DNA from: an uncultured Poribacteria bacterium | GTDB taxonomy: Bacteria > Poribacteria > WGA-4E > WGA-3G | DNA length: 64,000 bases | Assembly: GCA_958296135.2 (NCBI GenBank) | Contig: CATQHZ020000001.1 | Coordinates: 1,312,001 to 1,376,000, forward strand | Direction: 5' to 3' | Part shown: positions 9,983 to 19,059 of the stretch, piece after piece | Layout of the letters: every line of letters starts with the position of its first letter | Position numbering within the stretch: position 1 is the first letter of the stretch | Notes under the pieces: generated by a model | The model's input: only the letters and a program-made list of their open reading frames with translations | Told to the model about the DNA's origin: nothing | Database searches by the model: none | Made by a program: the position numbers and the translations under genes

Positions 9983-11089
9983 ATGCTACATCAATTTTTT
10001 GTCAACGCGCCTGTCCGGAAATGCCCGCTAACCTGCGGACTTTTGGCGGCGTTCATGCTTATGACAGTCACCTTGTTTTCAGGGTGCGAGCGGGTGCAAC
10101 AAGTTGTTGCCCCTCCGGAGAGTGTTTCCACAGACGCGGTGCGTTCCTGCACCGATGGCACGCGCGTCCTCAACGTCGGCTTCTATGCGTTTTTTGCGCC
10201 GGTAAGTTATAGTGCCGACGAAGACCCGGGCTCCCCCGAATTCAACACGCATCGCGGTTACGAGGCAGACTTGCTGACGGCACTGGAGGCGATGGAAGGT
10301 GCTGGGCTATCGTTTAAACGGACGGCTATCCCGGCTTGGGACGGCATCTGGCTCAAATCAACTGAACCGGCGTTTGATATGATCGGCGGTGGGATTACGA
10401 TTCTTGATTCTCGGACGCGCGATGCGGATGGCACGCCGCGCGTCACCTTTACGTCTGGACATATCAACTTCCAGCAGTCACTTCTGGTGCGCGCCGAGGA
10501 TGCGGAGCGTCTTGCGACGCATGCAGACTTAACGAGCGATGTCCGAGTGGGTGCTCTTCCGGGGACGACTGGCGAGAACCGCCTGCTCCAGTTGACGGCT
10601 CTCACCGATGCCGGTGGGATTCTCGCTGCGGGTACGCGGGTTGAGACACCGCAAGGCGCAGTGGTTGCCGATGGCACGGATGCTTACGTTATCCAAGCTT
10701 CCGGTGCGACGCCGAATCTGGAGGGACGCACGCATCTCTATCCGCCTTCTGAGAACATGCCGCAAGTCGTCTATCTTGGAAGCGAATTGGGTGAATCCGA
10801 GTTGCTGGCGGCACTTGATGCGGGTGAGATAGAGGCAGTTGCCCGGGGCGGCATTGGAAACGGCGAGGTTGCGGCGGATTCCGGGGGCGCGCTTGTCGTT
10901 ACGGCGCTTGATGAACAGGTAGAATACGGCGGTTTCACCTTCGCGTTAGAAGACGCTGAGCTCGCCGCCTGTATTGATGAGAAGATAAACTACCTCACCA
11001 ATAACCGTGCGCTCGGGTATGAGGCGTGGCTGGCGGACCCGGGCATCTTCATGAAGCGCGCTGAAATGTGGAGCGCAGAGATGCAATAG
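9983..11089 (+). CDS. Lipoprotein substrate-binding protein (family 3-like)
   Basis: AAGGAG before ATG 9983; lipobox LFSGC; FAPVSY, GYEADLL, DMIGGGITI, VGALPGTTGE. Confidence 0.75.
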   Translation: MLHQFFVNAPVRKCPLTCGLLAAFMLMTVTLFSGCERVQQVVAPPESVSTDAVRSCTDGTRVLNVGFYAFFAPVSYSADEDPGSPEFNTHRGYEADLLTALEAMEGAGLSFKRTAIPAWDGIWLKSTEPAFDMIGGGITILDSRTRDADGTPRVTFTSGHINFQQSLLVRAEDAERLATHADLTSDVRVGALPGTTGENRLLQLTALTDAGGILAAGTRVETPQGAVVADGTDAYVIQASGATPNLEGRTHLYPPSENMPQVVYLGSELGESELLAALDAGEIEAVARGGIGNGEVAADSGGALVVTALDEQVEYGGFTFALEDAELAACIDEKINYLTNNRALGYEAWLADPGIFMKRAEMWSAEMQ

Positions 11090-11122
11090 ACGCGCGCTGT
11101 TTTTCTGGCAGGCGAGGGAAAC

Positions 11123-14100
11123 CTATCCCTCGCCTGATTTCAACGCAATGCCGGCTCTCTCAAACATCACTTCCAAATACGACTTCCGCTTAGAAAACGG
11201 GCTGGTAGAGCCGTCTTCCATTTTCTCGTGCCAATTCAAGCGGAGAATGTGAGAATCTATCATATTCTCGGCAATCCATGCATCCGATTTTCCCTTCCCG
11301 AGCTCAGAACTGTCTCGGAGAAGGATGAACGAATGGAGACAGAACGTTCGACCTTGCGTTGCTGCTAGCCGCTTCTCAAGCGTCGTCAGCGTCTTGTCCT
11401 CCGATTTACGCGCCAGTCTCACTTTTGGATGATAACGAAGCGTTGTATCGTCAATGATGGCGCGCTGTCCCTTCGGATCGATGAAGAGGATGTGCGTTAC
11501 CTCGTGCGTGGTATCAATTGCCCACAGCACAAAATCCGGAAAATAGCTGCCCTCATCGCTCTCTAAATAGATACCGATTTTCCCAACGTTCCGCATCAGA
11601 TAGAATTCGTATCGTTCGCTGTTACGAGAAAATCGCCGGAGATACTCCATCAAGTCTTCGACGAATTTCTTTTCGCCTGCATTTAGTCTGTCCGGTGAGA
11701 TTTTGACATTGTTGAGTCGGGACAGGGATGTCCCTCCTCTTGTTCGGGACAGGGATGCCCCTTCTACCCAGACCGCCGGGTCTAACAGCAGCGGCTCGTA
11801 AATATGCCGATGATGCTTTCCCAACGACAACACCAGCGATTTCTGAATCTCTGACTCTGGATTCTCACGTGTGTTGCGTGCGGTATCCACCGCCGCAAGG
11901 AACGCCTCGTATGCCTCGCGCGTTTGGAATTCCTTTGTCACCGAGTATTCATAGATAAAATCTTTGCGCGCTAACGGTTCGTAGACATAGTTCGCGCGGT
12001 TGATGTGCGCGTTGATGCGGTTCCGCAGTTTACGGATGACATCAATTGCCACGCGGCGATTGAGCCGGTCTGTCCATGCAATCAGGTCATCGGCGGGCTT
12101 CTGATAGCGGATTTCCTCGATTAACGCGAGCAAATCGTCTATCGTCGGCATCTGCTTGTCGGCATAGATTTGCAACTGATTTTTCTGTGCTTCGCGATGA
12201 ATCACGGCGGCGAGCCCTGCACGATTCAGATAGCGGCGATACCGTTCATTGGATTGCCGGAGCTCTTCGTAAACATTCGGTGCGTGCTGTGTCTTATCGG
12301 TTCGGTAATCCAACGTCTGCACGCGCCAATTGTTGAGCGTGCCGCTTTTTTCGATGCAGTTAGCCGCGGTAGGCGCGCTTTCCAAGCGCGCACGGGTATC
12401 AAGATAGGTATACCGAATGTTGCCATTCCTGATAAAAACACGCTTGATACCCCTATTCGCGCTGCCTGACTGTTTGAAGATAGGCAATTTGTGCCGGTAG
12501 TCCTCAAAGTCAATAGACGTGTTTGCATCCACTCGAAAGAAGGTTGATGTTACCGGTACCTTAAAGGTATGAAACCGCGGTACACCGCCTTCATGAACCT
12601 CCTTAATAAATCTTTCAAGGTAACTGCGCTGCAAGCTGAAAACAGTCAACGTTTCCAATTTCCTAATGGCGGCTTCCTTGTCTTGGGCGAGGAGGTAATA
12701 ATTGTCATTGTGGGCAAGATAACGCCGTTTGCCGTTGCTGCCTTTTCCGCGGAGCCGTACGCCGCGTCCGAAAATCTGAATAATCAGGTTGCCCTTGGAG
12801 TGCCCCAAATTAATCAGATCGATGACAGAGAGGCGATAGGAGTTCCATCCCTCTGCAAACTTCCGACTGCCGATCAGGACGTTGATGGGACTGCCTTCGT
12901 CGTCAAGGTTTTCAAAGCGAAGGCGTGAAGTTGTGATTACCTCCTCGCGCTTTTCAATGCGTGAGTTTTCAATGCTGTTGTAAAACCGCAGTCCATCGCC
13001 GACGTTAATCATCCCCCACTTTTCGCCTTCGCCGTAGGAGAGGAGCAGTTCGTTGTTGTTTTCAGGAGTGCGCGCGACAACGAGCGGCCCGATGATGTCT
13101 CCGCCGAAAACGGAACGGAGTCGCTGGCGTTCTGCCTCTGTCAGGGCCGCGAGAAAATCCAACACCTTTTGGATGTCCGACACCTCATCGTTTTCGCCTT
13201 CCTTGTCGGGATTCTCCACCGTGTGTCCCATAAACGCCATCAAGGGCCTGTGATACGTCAGATCGATGTCGATTTCTTCACTTTGGCGTAGCCTTTTGAA
13301 GGTTTGCAACTTGTCTTCCATCACGTGGAAACATTCGTTCAGGTTATCCCGAATTTCTGTGTCGGCATCGGCGACTTGATCTGCGGCGATGGGTTTGAAA
13401 AAATGGTCCTTCCCGTATCCGTCGCCGTAGAATCGTGCGTAGTCGTAGCGGTAGATGATGGCGTTGTCGTATGCCTCTTTCAGTTCCTTCGCGACGTTGT
13501 GGAAGGTGGCGGAGTACTCGAAGAGGAAGGAGGAACCAACGTTGAGCCGGCTGCGCAGTTTTCGGAATTCACCCGATTGCTTACTGCTCAGGCCGATGTG
13601 TGCTTCGTCCACCAAGATCAGCCTGCGAACGCGTTCGTCTTCCGATAGGCGGAAATAGTCGTCTGGTTTCTGCAGGAGAGCCTGTGTGGTGTTGATTGTC
13701 AGTTCCAACCGATTGTTGTAAACCTCGTTGAGTTTGCGCACGTAAGGTTCTAACTCGCGCCGATGCTGTTGAATGAGTTCGGCGAGCGGCGTTGTCAAAA
13801 AGAGTTGGACGCGGTAGTCCTCTTTTTCACAGAAATGGTGAAGGTATTGGAGGATGTTGAGGTGCATGACGAGGGTTTTCCCGCTGCCAGTCGCCATCCA
13901 ATACGCGAGCATATTTTTGCCGTTCGGTGCCCCGGGTGCTGCCGCCGCGTCCGACAAGAAACACTCGGTGAAAAGCAACGCCAGTATCTGGTAATACCGG
14001 AGTTTGAAATTCTGCTCTGTCACGTTGTTGTATTGTTCAAGGAAATCCTGAATTTTCTCTAACGGTTCGGCGGGGAGGCCTAACCCCCGGTCGTATCCCT

Positions 14101-14179
14101 CGATTGCGTATTTGATACCGTTGTCCGAGGTGTCGATTCCGTTAAGGATTTCTTGTTCATAAGTTTGATAGCGTGTCAT
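11123..14179 (-). CDS. res: Type III restriction endonuclease Res (locus 2); start corrected to ATG 14179
   Basis: LRYYQILAL, WMATGSGKT, VDEAH, YSATF, KFAEGWN, QIFGRGVR, YFPDFVLW..IDPKG; GAGGA precedes ATG 14179. Confidence 0.88.
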   Translation of the reverse strand: MTRYQTYEQEILNGIDTSDNGIKYAIEGYDRGLGLPAEPLEKIQDFLEQYNNVTEQNFKLRYYQILALLFTECFLSDAAAAPGAPNGKNMLAYWMATGSGKTLVMHLNILQYLHHFCEKEDYRVQLFLTTPLAELIQQHRRELEPYVRKLNEVYNNRLELTINTTQALLQKPDDYFRLSEDERVRRLILVDEAHIGLSSKQSGEFRKLRSRLNVGSSFLFEYSATFHNVAKELKEAYDNAIIYRYDYARFYGDGYGKDHFFKPIAADQVADADTEIRDNLNECFHVMEDKLQTFKRLRQSEEIDIDLTYHRPLMAFMGHTVENPDKEGENDEVSDIQKVLDFLAALTEAERQRLRSVFGGDIIGPLVVARTPENNNELLLSYGEGEKWGMINVGDGLRFYNSIENSRIEKREEVITTSRLRFENLDDEGSPINVLIGSRKFAEGWNSYRLSVIDLINLGHSKGNLIIQIFGRGVRLRGKGSNGKRRYLAHNDNYYLLAQDKEAAIRKLETLTVFSLQRSYLERFIKEVHEGGVPRFHTFKVPVTSTFFRVDANTSIDFEDYRHKLPIFKQSGSANRGIKRVFIRNGNIRYTYLDTRARLESAPTAANCIEKSGTLNNWRVQTLDYRTDKTQHAPNVYEELRQSNERYRRYLNRAGLAAVIHREAQKNQLQIYADKQMPTIDDLLALIEEIRYQKPADDLIAWTDRLNRRVAIDVIRKLRNRINAHINRANYVYEPLARKDFIYEYSVTKEFQTREAYEAFLAAVDTARNTRENPESEIQKSLVLSLGKHHRHIYEPLLLDPAVWVEGASLSRTRGGTSLSRLNNVKISPDRLNAGEKKFVEDLMEYLRRFSRNSERYEFYLMRNVGKIGIYLESDEGSYFPDFVLWAIDTTHEVTHILFIDPKGQRAIIDDTTLRYHPKVRLARKSEDKTLTTLEKRLAATQGRTFCLHSFILLRDSSELGKGKSDAWIAENMIDSHILRLNWHEKMEDGSTSPFSKRKSYLEVMFERAGIALKSGEG

Positions 14180-14249
14180 CGGTTTATCCTCGGATGCGCC
14201 GCGAGCGGGCTGGTTGCCGGGAGCCAAATCCACGCATAAGGCGACCTGC

Positions 14250-14540
14250 TTATGCGAAGCAACACAGGCATTTTTTGTAGGCGTAACGGTTTTCGACCTG
14301 GACACGCAGCTGCGCGCTGTATCGCGTCGCATTGCTGAGCATCTGGTCATCGGTTGTTAAAAAGATGTCAGCATTGCCGAATTCAGCACAAGCAATATGC
14401 AAGGCATCATAGGGCTTAAATCCCAACGATTCCAGTTTCGGTGAGTCGGCTGAGTGCCAACCCGACATCAATAATTCTATCACATTTCTGGCCAAATTGC
14501 CAGAGGAAAAATCTGCGCTTACAGAGATGTCTCCTCCCAC
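14250..14540 (-). pseudogene. PIN-domain (VapC-like) remnant, C-terminal half only
   Basis: LGFKPYDALHIACAEFGNADIFLTTDDQML matches the C-terminal PIN motif. No N-terminal DTN-type motif is visible. Confidence 0.65.
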
Positions 14541-15188
14541 ACCGTGCCCGTGTCAAAATCGGCTGTGGTGATGAGATGCACCTCGCGCAGATCGGCGTGT
14601 TGGAGCAAGGCATCCTGGTCTGCATCGGAGTTCACGTCTAATCGCCGCACGCCTGCTAACCGCGGGTCTGCCAGGATCTTCAACAACTGCGCTGTGTCGT
14701 TTGTATCATCGGTGACGTTGCGGAAGACTACCAAGCGTTGTGAGCTTTTGACGACGCGGTAGGTTCGCGCGCCATTGAGACTAGGGGGCTCTCCTACGGG
14801 GGATAATCGAGACCGGGAGGTCTCTCCTACGGGAGGGGAGTCGAGACCAGGGGTTTCGCCTACGGGGGAGTCGAGACGAGAGGGCTCTCCTACGGGGGAT
14901 AATCGAGACCGGGAGGTCTCTCCTACCGGGGAGCGAGACCGGGAGGGCTCTCCTACTGCAAGATCGAAGCGCAGGCGGCGTTCAATTGGGAGCCCTTTGA
15001 GATAACAGTAGGACTCCACGATGTCCACAATGCCTTCGGTGCTAGCCTTGCCGTAGGTGATGCTGTTGGAAAACGGCGCACGTAAGTCTAGCATCAGCCG
15101 AATCTGCTGTTCCTCCGGCCGATAGAGGTATGTGATAGGAATTCGGGATTGGAAATCGCTATGGATAGTTGAATTGTTAAATTTTGAC
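14519..15188 (-). CDS. mod: Mod locus 2, 3' part; in frame if the C8 tract is C7 or C10; contains an in-frame REP array
   Basis: The +1 frame is open from the tract (SKFNNSTIHSDFQSRIPITYLYRPEEQQIRL) into MLDLRAPF..VDIVESYCYLKGL..LVVFR. Confidence 0.75.
14775..14960. repeat. Six family A units in-frame inside the Mod2 C-terminal region
   Basis: (c/t)gagac...tc(t/g)cctac repeated six times, translating as VGE(P/T)SRSR-like repeats. Confidence 0.9.
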
Positions 15189-18005
15189 GGGGGGGGTCAA
15201 CGTTAAGTTGTTAAGCGCGTCTTCATACTGCTCTAACCGTTGATACTTAACGATGCCGACGGTGCCATCGATTTCCTGCAGGGGATTCGGTTTTCCGTCG
15301 CGCCAATTTTCGGAGAACATGGCGCGGCGGATGCGTTCCTTCAGAGTGTTTTCAAAGTAGTCGCCCACCTCAACGAGGATGAATTTGCGGTTGCCATTGT
15401 CCGCCTTGTTGAGTTTCAGTACGGCGTGGCCGGTGGTGCCGCTGCCGGCGAAGAAGTCAAGCGTTGTCCCTTTTCCATCGGGTGTGACTGCCCAGACGAG
15501 TTTTTCGTATAGCCCGACAGGATGGGAATAGGGGAAGCTGAGCCCGAGAGCATCCATTCTATGTTTGCCTTTTTCTCCGGAAGGAATTACGGATGCTAAT
15601 TCGCTGACTAAACGCTCCTTCAAATACCATTTCTGCTGAGGTTGACTGGATTCATCAGGTCCAAAAACAATCAGGTTTTTCGCTAATAACCCTTGCATAA
15701 ATTCTGGACTGTTAGACCATCCGTTCGCCGGAACAGGACACGGTTTCTTGGTGGTTGGATGAATTAGCGGTTTAAAATATTTCGGGTCGGTGCGGCGTTC
15801 CGGTGCTCCCATGTGGACGTTTCTATACACGTGCCCATCATCGTCGATCTCCGAAAAAGTTCGTTCGCCGCCGCTCAAATCGCGTTTGCTCCTCAGCAAA
15901 TCTTTAAACGCTTTGCGGCATTCCTCAGTGGGACCACCGTGCTGTTTTATCAATTCGGCTGCTTTATCAAGGATCCAGCGGCGATTAGGAGGATTCACTT
16001 GAAGTTTTATATTCCCCTTGGACTGACAAATGACATATTCGTGTTGTGTAGCTATTGTTTTTGTACCGCCCCCTGGATTTCGCTTGTCCCAGATAATAGT
16101 TCCCTGATTCTGCAGCGGAAGTTGATTGAACACCTGAAACAGGTTCTCATATTCGTTCTCGTCAATATGGCAAAGGATGCAACTACTTTCCGGTGCCATC
16201 AATTGTTCGGCGAGAGAGAGGCGATTTTCCATCATCGTCAACCAGCTCGCGTGCTGATAATCGTTTTTGTATAGAAAACCGCTCGTGTTGGTGTTGTAAG
16301 GCGGATCGATGTGGACGCACTTTATCCTGCCTCGGTATTTCTCCATCAGCAGCTCCAACGCTTGGAAGTTCTCGCTGTTGAGGAGCAGCCCATCTGTTTC
16401 TGCCTCTAAATTGTCAAACAGCGCGAGCAACGTATCCACGAAGTCTGCGTCAAAATGCCGTGTGTCCAGCGGTAGCGTCGGAGGTAGTCCGTCAAGCATG
16501 GGGAATTGCCCCGTAATATCAACGCCGAAAATGTTCCGCCATTCTGCGAGTTGGGCATCGTTGCGGAGAATCTGCGAGATGAGCGTTTCCCGCTGTGCGG
16601 TGTCATTTTTCGTCGCCTCGGCGATTTTCCCCACCGAGATGAGATAGTCTGTTGTGATAACCTTTTTCTTCATGAGAAACAGGCTCTTTTGGAACGTTTC
16701 AACGGCGACGAGCAGCTTGATGATTTCGTCAGTGACGCTTCGGAACGCTTTCGCCACGGCAAACGTCGGGTTTTCGGGACTGAGGTTGAGGAGCGTACCC
16801 AGGTCTCCCAAGATGCCGTTCTGGATATAACGGCGTTGCTCGGTGAACAGGAATTTCCCCAGGGCTTTGTGAATGAAGTAGTCCGAGTCCATGCCGACAA
16901 AGAACCGATTCAAGTTTTTGTCAAACGCATGGAAACGGCGAACGGTTGGGCGCGTCTGGAGTGCTTCCTGCCTGAGGGTTTTGTTTCGGCCGAGTTCGCG
17001 AAAGTCCGAATGTTCGGCGAGTTTCTCGGTGTATTTCTTCAGGCTGATTCGTAAGTTGCGGACACCCCGGATTTGGCCGCCCTGCACCTCGTGAGACTTA
17101 TCTCCCAAGTCCTTAAAGAGTGGTTTTCCTTGTTCGCCACTTTTCCGCGGGCGTTCATAGAGGTAGATGTCAACGTCTTCTGGTTCGCCAAAAATCTGCG
17201 TGTTCATCTCCCGATAGAGTTCTGTCTTCGGCGTTGAGGTCTCCGCTAAGTGCAGAATGACGCGCCAGGTGGGCTCCACAGCGTCGGGTTCTGGCGGCTC
17301 AATTCTACCGAGGCGATAGTGTTTGAAGTCGTCGCGGTTGTTATTCTGTGCGGTGCCGTTCGCCGGCTTTCCCTCCAGTCGGTATTCGATGCGTTTGCCT
17401 TCGATTTTAAAGGCGACGCTATTGAAGCCGGTGGCGGTTTTGACGTAGTAACTGTCGCGGCATTTCCAGTGGAATAGGGTATCGGTGCCGGCGTAGTCTG
17501 CTTCATTGGGGTAATCGATTTGATAGAGCGCGGTGCTCCTGTTGTTGTAGCCGAAGTCGCCATCTCGGTAATAGCGTTCAAAGAAGTTGTGGATGTGGTT
17601 ATAGACACCTGCGGCGAGTTTCGCTTTAAGCGCGCCCGGGCCGGTTTCCAGCGGTGCGCCGAGGTCGCCGCGTTCTTCCTCTTGCAGAAAATTGATAAGG
17701 TTTTGACGGTTTTCGGGGATAGCCTCAAGCCATTCTCGCTGCCGGCGGCCGCCTTCTTCCCGGACGTATTCCTTGAGTTCGCCGAGTTGACTGTCCCAAA
17801 GGGTGCCCGTGACCTGGGCGAGCGCGTTCTCGACGATGTCTGTCAATGCGTCGTCAATAAAACGGTTGACTTCGGCGCGCTTGATTTTGAGGATGCGGAA
17901 GATGCCGAAATCCAGTTCATTTTGCGCGAGGTGGAACATCTCGCGGAGTTTGTTGCGCAGGATGTTTAGTGCTTCGGTTGTGGGGTTCGGTTGTTGCGTT
18001 GGCAT
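15177..18005 (-). CDS. mod: Type III R-M methyltransferase Mod (locus 2), 5' part; ends just after a C8 tract
   Basis: LDFGIFRIL, FHWKCRDSYYVKT, SENFQAL, HIDPPYNT, LDFFAGSGTT, LEQYEDALNNL. The coding strand reads TTG ACC CCC CCC GTC AAA ATT TAA. Confidence 0.9.
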   Translation of the reverse strand: MPTQQPNPTTEALNILRNKLREMFHLAQNELDFGIFRILKIKRAEVNRFIDDALTDIVENALAQVTGTLWDSQLGELKEYVREEGGRRQREWLEAIPENRQNLINFLQEEERGDLGAPLETGPGALKAKLAAGVYNHIHNFFERYYRDGDFGYNNRSTALYQIDYPNEADYAGTDTLFHWKCRDSYYVKTATGFNSVAFKIEGKRIEYRLEGKPANGTAQNNNRDDFKHYRLGRIEPPEPDAVEPTWRVILHLAETSTPKTELYREMNTQIFGEPEDVDIYLYERPRKSGEQGKPLFKDLGDKSHEVQGGQIRGVRNLRISLKKYTEKLAEHSDFRELGRNKTLRQEALQTRPTVRRFHAFDKNLNRFFVGMDSDYFIHKALGKFLFTEQRRYIQNGILGDLGTLLNLSPENPTFAVAKAFRSVTDEIIKLLVAVETFQKSLFLMKKKVITTDYLISVGKIAEATKNDTAQRETLISQILRNDAQLAEWRNIFGVDITGQFPMLDGLPPTLPLDTRHFDADFVDTLLALFDNLEAETDGLLLNSENFQALELLMEKYRGRIKCVHIDPPYNTNTSGFLYKNDYQHASWLTMMENRLSLAEQLMAPESSCILCHIDENEYENLFQVFNQLPLQNQGTIIWDKRNPGGGTKTIATQHEYVICQSKGNIKLQVNPPNRRWILDKAAELIKQHGGPTEECRKAFKDLLRSKRDLSGGERTFSEIDDDGHVYRNVHMGAPERRTDPKYFKPLIHPTTKKPCPVPANGWSNSPEFMQGLLAKNLIVFGPDESSQPQQKWYLKERLVSELASVIPSGEKGKHRMDALGLSFPYSHPVGLYEKLVWAVTPDGKGTTLDFFAGSGTTGHAVLKLNKADNGNRKFILVEVGDYFENTLKERIRRAMFSENWRDGKPNPLQEIDGTVGIVKYQRLEQYEDALNNLTLTPPVKI

Positions 18006-18147
18006 GTTTAACAGATTAGCAGAAATTGCGAAAAAATGTCAAGAGAACGTTTTTCATCGCGCGGAGAGAAATAGTTGCATCTGTCACAGCATTCTGTTAT
18101 TATATCCTACAAAAGTGCTTTTCTCGGAGATTTAACTTACACCCCAC

Positions 18148-18975
18148 ATGAATTTGCTACCTTACGATTGGTGTGCCATCGGCTATTTAGCGATAACCGG
18201 CGTGCTCATCCTGATTTTTCATAAAAACGTTGCCCGATGGTATTTCTACTTGCTGGTGCGCGCGTGTGTTATCGCGGGGATTTTATCGTTAACCTTTGTC
18301 CAAGGTAACTTACCGTACCCGTGGCAATTTATTCGGGATTGGTATCCATTGTCAACTATCGCGCTCTTCTATTTTGAGATGGGCAAACTGACGCAGATGG
18401 TGTTTAACGGCTATTTTGACGACACCGTCATTCGGTGGGAGAAACAGGTTTTCAAGGGTATGCCGAGCGTTGAATTGAGCGAGAAGTTTGCCTCGTTGCT
18501 GCTCTCGGAGTATTTGCACTTCTGCTATTTTAGTTATTACGTCATTGCCATTTTTTTAGCGGCGTGGTTCTATTTTCAGGGTAAATCGGTGCTGTTTCAG
18601 CAGAGCGTCTTCGCCGAGACGTTGACGTTTAACGTGAGTCTGTTGTGTTATCCGTTTATACCGGCTGCGGGGCCTCGCTACCATTTTGATAAAATTGAAG
18701 GGAAGTTGTCTGCAGGTTTTTTCTTCAGGCTGACTCACGCGATTCTCTCGGCAGGTTCCTCCAAAGGCACGGCGTTTCCGAGTTCGCATGTTTCGTTATC
18801 CGTAATTGTGCTGCTGTGCGCGCTCCGTTACGATACGACAGCCTTTCTGATTCTCCTTCCGCTGTGCATAGGGTTGACACTCGGCACCGTCTACGGCAGG
18901 TTTCACTACGCTATTGATGCGCTTGCGGGTGCCGGATTGGCACTCCTGATATTTGGCATCACGCTGGTTATTTGA
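18148..18975 (+). CDS. PAP2-family membrane phosphatase/phosphotransferase
   Basis: PAAGPRY, AFPSSHV and YGRFHYAID motifs; multiple TM helices. Confidence 0.85.
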   Translation: MNLLPYDWCAIGYLAITGVLILIFHKNVARWYFYLLVRACVIAGILSLTFVQGNLPYPWQFIRDWYPLSTIALFYFEMGKLTQMVFNGYFDDTVIRWEKQVFKGMPSVELSEKFASLLLSEYLHFCYFSYYVIAIFLAAWFYFQGKSVLFQQSVFAETLTFNVSLLCYPFIPAAGPRYHFDKIEGKLSAGFFFRLTHAILSAGSSKGTAFPSSHVSLSVIVLLCALRYDTTAFLILLPLCIGLTLGTVYGRFHYAIDALAGAGLALLIFGITLVI

Positions 18976-19059
18976 ACTGAATTGATTTTCACGTAAAAAT
19001 GTGATACAATTTAAGGATAGGCATACCTGAATGTGAAAAGGACAAGGAGAAAGAAACAG

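Noticed and set aside
14180-14350. N-terminal extension of Res2 given by the ORF track
   Set aside because: It overlaps the PIN remnant and looks non-coding; a good RBS precedes ATG 14179.
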